Assembly: GCA_965218425.1 (NCBI GenBank)
Contig: OZ244621.1
Coordinates: forward strand, 32,001 to 96,000
Source of the DNA: an uncultured Candidatus Binatia bacterium
GTDB lineage: Bacteria > Desulfobacterota > Binatia > UBA9968 > CAXXLF01
Direction of reading: 5' to 3'
DNA length: 64,000 bases
Position numbers and translations under genes: made by a program. Under the pieces are notes generated by a model. The model searched no databases, was not told where the DNA came from, and was given only the letters and a program-made list of their open reading frames with translations. Shown here piece after piece: positions 50,609-59,581 of this stretch (positions are counted from its first letter, which is position 1; each line of letters begins with the position of its first letter).

Positions 50609-51801
50609 TGGGAGACCGCCGCGAAGAAGAGGCGGCCGGTGGCTGGGCCGGGTACTCCCTTGGCGAACGGGACCGGCGCTGGCAATCCGTTCGCGAGAAC
50701 GCTGCCAGGGCCGGCTTTGACTGCATCTTCATTCCCCTAGGGAACGGCACTGACGGTCGCTACCTGACGGGGTACCGGGCGGCGTCGGTGGTGCTTCCAA
50801 TCAATGCCCAGCCGCCCATCGTGATCATTAATCCCCTTACCGAGCGAGGTGCTACAAACAGCTGGGTGCCTGAGCCACGCCGGGTGGGACGGCAGTGGGG
50901 CGAAGCGATGGCCCAGGCACTACTCGATACGGGCATGGAACAGGCCCGGATCGGAGTGACAGGCCTGAAGGGATGTACGCTGAGCCACGTGCGAGCGCCC
51001 GAGGGCGTGGTCAACCACAGCTCCTATGCGGAAGTGGTGAAGAGGCTACCGAAGGGCCGCTTCGAGGATGCCACAGATATCCTGGGGTTCGCCCGATACG
51101 TGAAGAGCGTGGAGGAGGTCGAATGTCTCGGCCAAGCGGCCGCTATCGCCGAGGCTGGCATCGAGGAGATGGTGGAGGCGGCGCGTCCAGGCCTCGAAGT
51201 GACAGTGCTTTACGCCAGGGTTATGGAACGCATGCTGGAGCGAGGAAGTGAATACTATCCCCTGGTGCTCTCGGTGGATCCGATTGGCGCACCCGAGCGG
51301 ATTCGCTATGCTAGCCCGCCCGCCGGCCGACGGCTCGAGGCCGATGCTCTCATCACCAATGAGGTGAGCGCCATCTACAGTGGCCAAATGTGCCAAGATG
51401 TTCAGCCCATCGTGTTGGGGCCGATCCCGGAGGAATGGAAGCCGGTCATCGAGCTCCAGCGCGACGTCTTCTATGCAGGCATCGAGTTCATGAAGCCAGG
51501 GGTGGCTCTCGGGGAGTTGATCGACCTCGTCAATGGGTTCGGAGAGAAGCGGGGTATGAAGACGATGACCATTATGCATGGACTCGGTTACGGGGACGAT
51601 GGTCCATTACTGACGCCGCGCGAGCAAGGTGAAAACGTTCGGGACGTGCGACTCGAGGAAAGGAACGCCTTCGTCTGGAAGCCCTCCGCCATGACCCCCG
51701 ACGAGCGGATCTCCTTCGTCTGGGGAGGTGGTGTAGTAGTAACTGAGAAGGGCGGCAAGCCGCTCTTCAAGCGTGGTTACGGGATGGTGGCGATCGCGTA
51801 G
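50608..51801 (+). CDS. M24-fold protein, close paralog of the upstream gene
   Basis: YSLGERDRRW, VKSVEE, ITNE, HGLG, WKP, VVVTEKG; TGATG overlap. Confidence 0.8.
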   Translation: MGDRREEEAAGGWAGYSLGERDRRWQSVRENAARAGFDCIFIPLGNGTDGRYLTGYRAASVVLPINAQPPIVIINPLTERGATNSWVPEPRRVGRQWGEAMAQALLDTGMEQARIGVTGLKGCTLSHVRAPEGVVNHSSYAEVVKRLPKGRFEDATDILGFARYVKSVEEVECLGQAAAIAEAGIEEMVEAARPGLEVTVLYARVMERMLERGSEYYPLVLSVDPIGAPERIRYASPPAGRRLEADALITNEVSAIYSGQMCQDVQPIVLGPIPEEWKPVIELQRDVFYAGIEFMKPGVALGELIDLVNGFGEKRGMKTMTIMHGLGYGDDGPLLTPREQGENVRDVRLEERNAFVWKPSAMTPDERISFVWGGGVVVTEKGGKPLFKRGYGMVAIA

Positions 51802-51837
51802 CTCTCGACCCGTGATGGCGTCTGAACGAACCAATGT

Positions 51838-51960
51838 CCCCTGAGCTGGGCCTGACCCAGGGGGTGGCCCAGGTTCTGCTGGGTCCCGAGCAGCCGGTAA
51901 CGGTGGCTAGGCTCAGCGATAGCCGGAAAGTGGCGGTGATGGTATTTCGGTACCCACCCC
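51838..51960 (+). ncRNA. Candidate structured cis-regulatory RNA, family unknown
   Basis: Stems CTGAGC/GCTCAG, CTGGGCC/GGCCCAG, CTGCT/AGCAG, CCG-GTAA-CGG and GGTAT-TTCG-GTACC; complementary loops GACCC/GGGTC. Confidence 0.35.
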
Positions 51961-51997
51961 GTATTTGCTCGGTGCCATTTCAATTTACAGGAGGGGC

Positions 51998-52381
51998 ATG
52001 ATGCCTAGAGATAACACTAAAGAGGTGAAGATAGAGGCAGGGGACGTCGCGGTGTTCAACCCTGAAGATTTTCGGTTCTTTCATCCCGACGAGCCCATGA
52101 TCGTCGGGGTCTATCGGGATGGGATCGATATTCGACACATCACCCTCAGGAATTTCGAGCCAGGGCAGGTTACGGATCTCCACATCCATCCGGAGAACGC
52201 CCACTGCATCTACATCCTTGAGGGAAGCGGGGAGGTCTTGAGGGATGGAGCCCCGCCGCTGCCCGTCAAGGCCGGCCAGTTCCTCGTCGTTCCCCGGAAC
52301 ACACTGCACGGCCTGCGCAACACGGGCGACCGCAGGCTTTCCTACCTGGGCGTAAACGCTGGAGCCGAGCCGGGCCAGTAA
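51998..52381 (+). CDS. Cupin domain protein
   Basis: AGGAGG RBS, PGQVTDLHIH...HGLRNTG. Confidence 0.85.
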   Translation: MMPRDNTKEVKIEAGDVAVFNPEDFRFFHPDEPMIVGVYRDGIDIRHITLRNFEPGQVTDLHIHPENAHCIYILEGSGEVLRDGAPPLPVKAGQFLVVPRNTLHGLRNTGDRRLSYLGVNAGAEPGQ

Positions 52382-52541
52382 CGGCCTGAGAAGCCCCATT
52401 TGTTCTGCAAGCAATGCGCGTGGAGCCAGGCCTGGTGTACGTTCGACTGTCCGGGCTTGCCCACTCCTCGGGCAGTGGAATCGAACGCATCGATGCCTTC
52501 CTCGGAGAGAGTTGCCTGGACGTTCTGATTGACGTTCGGAG

Positions 52542-52603
52542 GGCTTGGCCGCGACGATCATGATCGCCCGGCCATCTCTAGTCTCCACGTGCGCGGCCAA
52601 GCC
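52542..52603. repeat. 12-bp perfect inverted repeat enclosing a 12-bp palindrome
   Basis: GGCTTGGCCGCG / CGCGGCCAAGCC with inner CGATCATGATCG (52555-52566), between convergent genes. Confidence 0.6.
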
Positions 52604-52652
52604 GACCGCGTGAGACTGCGCAGAGGGGAGCGAGCAGCCGGTAGGAGGAGCC

Positions 52653-53648
52653 TCAGTCCCAATAGGCAAAGGCCATGCCGCACCCCGTGCCAGCGAGGGA
52701 CCGATAGCCCGGGATGTAGTCCCCGATGAAGTGCGGCGTCATGGACTCCATTGCGCCGGCAGCGGTTATCCAGTTGCGGATCTCGGACGTGCCGAGGTTC
52801 AGCCGCTCACGGGGCAGCGTCTTAAGCGCCTGAGCATCCCCTTCCGCTATGCCAGTGATAGTCCGGCGGTCTATGTCTTCATCGATAATAGTATGGCTAA
52901 GGCCGCCGGACGCCATGATGACCACGCCCTTGTCGCTGTCCCATGACTCCACGGCGGATCGCAGCGCTTGCCCAAGCCTGTAGCAGCGTGCGGGCGTCGG
53001 CTGGTTGGGCGGAAAGAACGTGTTGATCATCACCGGCACCACGGGAATCTCGGAACCAGGCAGCATGTGCTGGTAGAAAAACTTGAAGGCGTGACCAATG
53101 CCCACGTCAGGGCGCAAGCTGTCCGAGCTGGCCACGTCAATCTCCTCATCGCGTAAGTAGCCGATCAGGTGCTCGGCCAAGCTCCTTTCGGCAGGCCGCT
53201 CCCTTGGTCCCACCAGTTCAGCTTCCACGGCGGACTGCAACTCATCAAGCCTTGGAGCGTTCCAGCCCTGCGATCGGGTGGTCCGCTGACCGCTGCCGTG
53301 CCGGCGGACCAGGTTGATGGTGCCCCCATGGTATATGCAGAACATCGGCATGTTGGCGCTGTGGAACTGCTCCTGCTGATCGTCCCCTATCATCACGATG
53401 ACGTCGGGGTCGGCCTTCTCCAGCACCGTGGCTAGTGTCCGCAGATTTGTCTGGGCCGAGTCGTAACGCTCGCGGATGTGGTCTTCGGAGAGCTCCTTTG
53501 CGATATTCACCTTCACCGCGTGACGCAGTGCCTCGAAGTTGATGCGCTTGTCCGTCTCGTCCTTCTCTCGCAGCGCGTACCAGCCTTCTATTGGCAGACG
53601 CAATTGCGGGGCATGAGGAGTCGCAACGCCAAGTACGATATTCGCCAT
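52653..53648 (-). CDS. LigB-type extradiol dioxygenase-like protein (long form)
   Basis: ATPHAP, IGDDQQE, GHAF, NTFFPPNQP, SGGLSH, GTSEIRNW. Confidence 0.85.
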   Translation of the reverse strand: MANIVLGVATPHAPQLRLPIEGWYALREKDETDKRINFEALRHAVKVNIAKELSEDHIRERYDSAQTNLRTLATVLEKADPDVIVMIGDDQQEQFHSANMPMFCIYHGGTINLVRRHGSGQRTTRSQGWNAPRLDELQSAVEAELVGPRERPAERSLAEHLIGYLRDEEIDVASSDSLRPDVGIGHAFKFFYQHMLPGSEIPVVPVMINTFFPPNQPTPARCYRLGQALRSAVESWDSDKGVVIMASGGLSHTIIDEDIDRRTITGIAEGDAQALKTLPRERLNLGTSEIRNWITAAGAMESMTPHFIGDYIPGYRSLAGTGCGMAFAYWD

Positions 53649-53767
53649 AGATCATCCTCCTCAACCGGACTGCCGAATCATTGCAGGAACAGATCGCTGC
53701 GTTCCCATCTCACCGCACCCACCAGATAGTGGGTACCGCAACACCCATACGTTGTCAAGCGGCTGTC

Positions 53768-54045
53768 TGTGGTCCCCCCATCTCAGTTGTCCTAAAATTC
53801 CACATCTCAATTGTCCTCATCTTTATTATAGCAGGTGTTGGAGGACAATAGCGGATGCAGGATAAAGAGAGACGGATGTTAGAGAAAAAAACTGGTGCAG
53901 GAGATCCTTTCAGGGGACGTAACGCAACAAGAAGCGGCCTTGAAACTGGCTGTGAGCCCTCGGTCTGTACGCCGGTATCTAAGTCAGGTTTTAGAGCGGC
54001 TGAGCCGAACGATCTTTGGCAAATCGACTTCAGGGCAAGGTGAAT
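53768..54045 (+). mobile_element. Internally deleted IS481-like transposon remnant (left end, HTH, start of rve domain)
   Basis: TGT end followed by 15-bp direct repeats CATCTCA(G/A)TTGTCCT (53779-53793, 53803-53817); HTH TQQEAALKLAVSPRSVRRY; FRAAEPNDLWQIDF. Confidence 0.65.
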
Positions 54046-54185
54046 TTCCCTTTGCGATGGAAATGACTCGCTATGGCGTCCGAAGCACCATTCCCAAGGC
54101 TTTGTCAGATGAGCGGCGGGCTACATTGATCGAACGCGACGCCATGACAAAATTGCTCCTCGAAGACATTGCCGAGCGCGATCCT

Positions 54186-54335
54186 GCCTATGGGCTCGAC
54201 CTCATATATGGAGGCGTCCGTAGCGTACAGCAGTCGGGAAATACGGTCAAAACGTACCTCTCCGTCTAATCGCATGCCCGGTTCCTCCGCAATTTCCCGG
54301 TAGTCTTGCGATGGGCTTGAGTCCATACTTGCCAT
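54186..54335 (-). pseudogene. Truncated 5' duplicate of the FAD-binding oxidoreductase gene (39417..42323)
   Basis: DGEVRFDRISRLLYATDASIYEVEPIG, then abrupt loss of similarity. Confidence 0.85.
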
Positions 54336-54568
54336 TCTTATATCACGTTTCGGCTGGGTTTGGCCGCAGGGCGACCCAAGTTGACTTATAGGGATGTTAT
54401 CGGATACTCATTGGCCACTAGGAGAAAGGAACGCCTTGTTTTCTTTCTGAGGAACTATAAACATCTCTCAAAGTATGATTTCATGGGAAAAAAGCGGTCT
54501 ATTGGAACTGTTTTTGACTCTGTCTCACGATGGTCTTTTTTCTCTGTCTAACGAAGTGGAGAAAAGCA

Positions 54569-55138
54569 TTGGATAAACAGGCTAAGGCTCGACTAGACCC
54601 GGCAAATGCTCCGCCTCGTCGTGGAACTCCACGTTACCGGGCCGAAGCCATGGAGGCCTTTTACGATGGCTTTCGCAGGGCCGGCATTGATTTCGTCGTG
54701 TTTCTACCGGATACCATGCTGGACGGAATCGAACAGTTGATCTTGGAACGCGCGGAGATGGACACCTATCAGTGTACGAGAGAAGACGAGGGTGTCGCCA
54801 TGGCCATGGGAAGCTACCTGGCGGGTAAGAAACCGGTGGTGATGATGGAGGGGTCCGGCATCGGACTTTCCGGTCTGATCCTGGCACGCGGTATTGTCCA
54901 GAGGACGCCCACCCTTCTCGTTGTCAGTCATAACAGTACCCTGGGAGAGCGCTACGATTACCACGGCGCAACACGACTGGTTACCGAGCCCATATTGAAG
55001 GCCCTCGGTATCCCCTATTACGTGCTCTTCGACCCCGGTCAGATTCCAACGGTATTAACCGAGGCACAGCGCACCGTTGAGGGGCAAAAAATTCCTGTTG
55101 GCGTTCTTGTCCCGAACCACGTGATGCGGGAATCCTGA
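54569..55138 (+). CDS. TPP-dependent decarboxylase alpha subunit (sulfopyruvate/phosphonopyruvate decarboxylase, ComD-like)
   Basis: FLPD, REDEGVAMAMG...GKKP...MEGSGIG; start uncertain (TTG at 54569 after GGAG). Confidence 0.75.
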   Translation: MDKQAKARLDPANAPPRRGTPRYRAEAMEAFYDGFRRAGIDFVVFLPDTMLDGIEQLILERAEMDTYQCTREDEGVAMAMGSYLAGKKPVVMMEGSGIGLSGLILARGIVQRTPTLLVVSHNSTLGERYDYHGATRLVTEPILKALGIPYYVLFDPGQIPTVLTEAQRTVEGQKIPVGVLVPNHVMRES

Positions 55139-55147
55139 AAGACCAAC

Positions 55148-55729
55148 ATGAACCGTATCGAATTTCTTAAGGCGGCATGCCGTGTGAGAGCAGACGCGGC
55201 AATGATCATCGGCCCCGGTCTTGCGAACTATCCCATTGCGGCTGGAGCCGACCATCCATTGACCATCTACAATATGGACATGCCCTACGCCACGCCCATG
55301 GCCCTGGGTTTGGCCCTTGCCTGGCCGGAGAAAAAAGTGGTGTCCATGGAAGGCGATGGCTCCCTGCTGGCGGGAACCGGTGTTCTGACCACCATTGCCC
55401 GCTATCAGCCACGAAACCTAACCGTAATTGTGTTGGATAACGAATCCTATTTGACCACCGGCTCCGGGCGGGCTCCAACCGCCACCGCTTCAGGGACCGA
55501 CATTGAACAACTGGCGCGAGGTGCAGGAATGGCTCACACTGCCACACTAACGGAAATGGTTGAGGCGGGAGAGGTCACTCAGCGGGCATTTCAAGAACCT
55601 GGGCCTTGGCTGCTGGTTGCCAAAGTGGACAAAACCGATCAACACCAGATTGATCGCAGCCAACTACCCGTTGACGTGTTTGAGAGTGCAATGCGATTTC
55701 GTAGAGCCGCCATGCAGGAAAGGCGTTAA
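55148..55729 (+). CDS. TPP-dependent decarboxylase beta subunit (ComE-like)
   Basis: EGDGSLL...LDNESYLTTG TPP-binding motif. Confidence 0.8.
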   Translation: MNRIEFLKAACRVRADAAMIIGPGLANYPIAAGADHPLTIYNMDMPYATPMALGLALAWPEKKVVSMEGDGSLLAGTGVLTTIARYQPRNLTVIVLDNESYLTTGSGRAPTATASGTDIEQLARGAGMAHTATLTEMVEAGEVTQRAFQEPGPWLLVAKVDKTDQHQIDRSQLPVDVFESAMRFRRAAMQERR

Positions 55730-55805
55730 TGCCCGGCATGGATCAAACCCCGTTCCCGTTTACCCGTCAAACAATGGAAGCTGATCTGGACAAGACTTCT
55801 AACGG

Positions 55806-56798
55806 CTATATTTTAAACGGGTCCAAGCAGCTGGGTGCGAAGAGCTTTTCGAGGTCCAGTCTCTTTTTTATCAAGCCTTGTTCCAGGAGGTAGGACTGAA
55901 GGGTCTCCAAGGCATGCTGGTTGGCGGTAAACCCGTAGGGCCAGTAGTCCTCTCCCATGAGGAGCCTGGTCTCTTCATAATCCGCCAGAGTCCATGGCAG
56001 ACTGGTGTAGAGAACGTTAGAATCGTAGATTTTACTAAAGCAGAGATCCTTTGCCGCACAAAAGGCCTTGTAAAGGCTCTGGGCGACCCAGGGAGCCTTT
56101 TCATAGACGCCCATACGAATCACCACTAGATGCATGAGAGGGAAAATCCCCGTCTTGCGAAAATAATCCATCTCGACTCGCTTGTAGTCGGGAAAGAGCC
56201 TGCGGACCTTTGGCGAGCCGCTAAGAAAGCAGGAAGGCATACGCGGTGACATCAAGGCGTCTATCTCGCCACTCTCAATCATCGAGTTAAGAGTTCTATC
56301 GTCGGGAATGACCTTTAATCGAATTTTGGGAGGCAGATCGAAGTCGACCCTGTCCTTGCGCCCTGGCTGTTCCTCACCACCCTGAAACCAGTGTATTTCT
56401 TCGGGGGCGACTCCGTATTCATGCTGCAAAAGCCCTCTGAGCCAGACGGACGCTGTCATGGTGTACTCCGGCACTCCTACGCGCTTTCCTTTCAAATCTT
56501 GCGGCCGTTCAATGCCGGCAGAGGAGTTGATGAAAATGCAGCGGTGTCGGAAGGTCCGCGAAGGAAAGACCGGTATGGCCGTGAACGGACACCGCCCCTG
56601 TGCGGCAGCAACCAGAAAGGCCCCCAGGGACAATTCCGCAATATCGAAATCCTCATAGCGGAGCATACGCCAGAAGATCTCCTCTACGGGAAGCGCCAGA
56701 TAGGTGAGGTCAATCCCCTCGGGTTTTATGGCGCCGTCACGCAGGGCTCGAGTGCGGTCATAGTCCTCACAAGCCAATGTGAGATTTAACTCGCTCAT
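55806..56798 (-). CDS. 4,5-dihydroxyphthalate decarboxylase (OphC/Pht5)-like protein
   Basis: LTLACEDYDRTRAL, EEIFWRM, PVFPSRTFRH, GVPEYTMTA, DYWPYG. Confidence 0.85.
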   Translation of the reverse strand: MSELNLTLACEDYDRTRALRDGAIKPEGIDLTYLALPVEEIFWRMLRYEDFDIAELSLGAFLVAAAQGRCPFTAIPVFPSRTFRHRCIFINSSAGIERPQDLKGKRVGVPEYTMTASVWLRGLLQHEYGVAPEEIHWFQGGEEQPGRKDRVDFDLPPKIRLKVIPDDRTLNSMIESGEIDALMSPRMPSCFLSGSPKVRRLFPDYKRVEMDYFRKTGIFPLMHLVVIRMGVYEKAPWVAQSLYKAFCAAKDLCFSKIYDSNVLYTSLPWTLADYEETRLLMGEDYWPYGFTANQHALETLQSYLLEQGLIKKRLDLEKLFAPSCLDPFKI

Positions 56799-57096
56799 AC
56801 CTCAATTCTACTCGCTCCGCTTTTTCTTTGGTGGCAGTGGTTCGATCTTGGAAAGCAAGCAAGTTGGAAACAATAACAACCACAAAAAAGGAATGTCAAG
56901 GAACCTGAATTTTGCCAAGCGATAGAGAGGCATCCTACCGGATTCTATATCTAGCCTCTTCTTGCCGCGTGCCATTCCCTATGGCTTAATATGATCAGCC
57001 TTAGCCATTGCATGGGAACAGGGTCAAGCCCCATTCTGGAAGAAGGGATTTTGGATTGGTTAGAGTTAGCAATGCAAAACCATGGGAGTCTACACT

Positions 57097-58274
57097 ATGG
57101 CTGACGGAGTAAACCATATGGATCGGTTTCTCGCCCATCTTGACTCACGGGAGCTTCTGCTTGAGTTGAACTGAGAGGAGTGGCTCGACGTTTCAACACC
57201 CTACCCGCAGGTCAATTTTTCCACCCATGAAGTCACGGTTCGGTTCGAAAGAAACGGCTACCCATGGGACATGCACGGGTCGTTTTACACCCCGGCGAAG
57301 GAAATCGATCCAACGAAAGCGTTCGTGATGTTCCACGGCGGTGCGGGCAGCGAGAAGATCATGGACCTGACCCCCGATGGCCGGCCCGGTCTTGCACGGG
57401 TGATTGCCGCGCAGGGCCTTAAAACCTTGAACCTGACCTACCCCGGCCATTATCCCCCCGGCGGAGTCTGGCGGACGCCGGTACCGGACCGAATGCCCAT
57501 CTATCTTCTGGATGAAGAACCGTCCTTGGAAGAAATATTCGATCGAAACTTGAAGTGTACCTTTAATACCATTATGCAAGGTGCTGGATTACTGGTGGAT
57601 AATCATCTTTCCGGTCGTCGTATAATAGCCTTTGGGCATTCCACCGGCGGTCCCATGGCGGCTCATCTAACACGCTTTACCAAGAGGACGAAGGTGATCG
57701 GGCTTGTGGGTTTTGGCAGCGACGGACCGGACGGTTGGCGCAAAGAGTGGAGGGATAAAACAGGCGTGGAGCGGTACCATGAAGTCCCCTTGGAGAAGAT
57801 CTCGCGGCGCTCACCCCAGAGTTTTCGAGAAGCGAAATATGAAGATCCCCAGGACCTGACCCCTTGGGGAGGGGCGGAGGAATACATCGAACTGGTCTGT
57901 AACATTCGTTCGCAGATGAAGACCAGCCTCTGTGACAATCAGCATAATGGAGCCGTGGGCATTCAGAACAATACCCAAAGCGGACTGGACTTCCTCGCGA
58001 AGAGTACTTCGATCATCTCAAGGATCCGGATTGGTTAAAGACAATAAGCGTGCTGCTTGTGGTCGGTGAAAATGACAAGGGACACTGGGTCAAAGGGGAT
58101 CGGATCGAGGACAAACGGGAAATGTTCATGGCACGAAAATACGCCGCCGTTACCCGAAGCACTCATCTAGTCCTGATCCCGCGCTACGGTCACGTCGGCT
58201 ACGCGGAACTCCACAACGAAAAGATCGCCTACCTCTGGCTGTGGGCGGCTAAAGCTGGGGGCTTTGATTCTTAG
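57097..58274 (+). pseudogene. Alpha/beta-hydrolase-fold pseudogene
   Basis: FHGGAG and GHSTGG nucleophile elbow. In-frame TGA at 57172-57174 and a frameshift near 57960 into EQYPKRTG...VLLVVGEND...GHVG. Confidence 0.7.
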
Positions 58275-58311
58275 ACAGTGTGCCACTCCACCTGCATCCC
58301 ATCAATTGGCG

Positions 58312-59394
58312 TCAAGCAGTGGAGTAGCCTGCATCCTCGAATTGCCGGCGAGGCATTCGCTCCGGGTGTTCAGGGAATTTTGACGTCAACTGACCGCACG
58401 CCGCGTAGATGTCCCTACCCATCGTTTTTCTGACCAGGGCATGGGCGCCGAGGCGGATCAACTCGTTTTTGAACTGAAGCACGGTTTGTTGGCTTGGTCG
58501 GGCATAGTCCGCATCCGGATGTTCGTTAAACGGGATGAGATTGATCTTGTTGGGCACCGACCGAGTCAGCCGAAACAGTTGACGTGCATGTGCCACAGAA
58601 TCGTTCAAACCCTTGAGGAGCACGTATTCAAACGTTACCCGCTCCCCCGACTCTTCCGCATGGCCACGGCAGGCCTCGAGTAACTGTCTGATGGGATACT
58701 TCTTGTTGATGGGCATGACGGCGGAACGTATCTCATCGTTAGAGCCGTTCAAGCTCACCGCAAGCCGGGCGCCCGATTGGGTAACCAATGGGATAAGGGG
58801 TACCAGACCTGAAGTGGACACGGTGATCTTTTTTCGCGAAAATTTGATACCCACACCTTCCGTCAGTATTTTTATGGCTGAGAAAACCGCTTCCGGATTA
58901 TCAAGGGGCTCACCCATTCCCATGAATACCATGTTGGTCATGCGCTTTCCCGCCGGCACCACCTCCCTCGCCCGAACAAACTGACTGACGATTTGACTTA
59001 CGGATAATCGCTTTGCGAGCAATCGCTTGCCGGTGAAGCAAAACTTACAGGCCAGGTTGCAACCTACCTCGGTGGACAGACAAAGGGTCAACCGCTCCTC
59101 TGCCGGGATCAGCACTGCTTCCACTGTCTGGTCATTGCCCACATCCAACAAGATCTTGATCGTACCGTCTCTGCTTTCGACTCTTTCGACTACCTGGGGA
59201 TAATCAAAGTAAAATAGGTTTTTCAGTTCAGCTCGAAAGGCAATGGACAGGTTCGACATCTCATTGAAATCTTCCACGCCCTTTTGATAGACCCACTGGT
59301 AGAGCTGCTGAGCACGAAACCTCTCTTTCCCAAGGCCCGCCAAACTCTCTCTCAATTGTTCAAGAGTCAGATCGTAAAAATTCAATGCCGACAA
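58312..59394 (-). CDS. rlmN: 23S rRNA m2A2503 / tRNA m2A37 methyltransferase RlmN (radical SAM)
   Basis: CNLACKFC, FMGMGEP, TFEYVLL, INLIPFN, AACGQL. Confidence 0.95.
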   Translation of the reverse strand: MSALNFYDLTLEQLRESLAGLGKERFRAQQLYQWVYQKGVEDFNEMSNLSIAFRAELKNLFYFDYPQVVERVESRDGTIKILLDVGNDQTVEAVLIPAEERLTLCLSTEVGCNLACKFCFTGKRLLAKRLSVSQIVSQFVRAREVVPAGKRMTNMVFMGMGEPLDNPEAVFSAIKILTEGVGIKFSRKKITVSTSGLVPLIPLVTQSGARLAVSLNGSNDEIRSAVMPINKKYPIRQLLEACRGHAEESGERVTFEYVLLKGLNDSVAHARQLFRLTRSVPNKINLIPFNEHPDADYARPSQQTVLQFKNELIRLGAHALVRKTMGRDIYAACGQLTSKFPEHPERMPRRQFEDAGYSTA

Positions 59395-59581
59395 TGATAA
59401 ATCTCCAGAATCATTGGAATAAAGTTATTTATGCCACAGCATGGCCCCGCGGGCAATACAACGATTACCCGGGGGCAGGCTGTTCCTCCCCTGGATGGGA
59501 TAATTACGAGCCGGTGGAATCGTTGGGCAGGTGGACTGTCAGAATCTAGCAAGAAGCCAATGGTTCCTGAAAACAATAACC

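Noticed and set aside
51838..51960. Assignment to the NiCo or lysine riboswitch, or to the SRP Alu domain
   Set aside because: Only superficial resemblance (CTGAGC start, loop-loop pairing); the conserved cores were not found
51980..52669. 229-aa minus-strand ORF
   Set aside because: Antisense to the cupin gene, which has an RBS and clear motifs
53779..53817. Possible CRISPR repeats
   Set aside because: Only two 15-bp copies with a 9-bp spacer and no cas genes; better explained as transposase-binding sites
57172..57174. In-frame TGA as selenocysteine
   Set aside because: The position is non-catalytic, no SECIS-like hairpin was recognised, and the gene also has a frameshift
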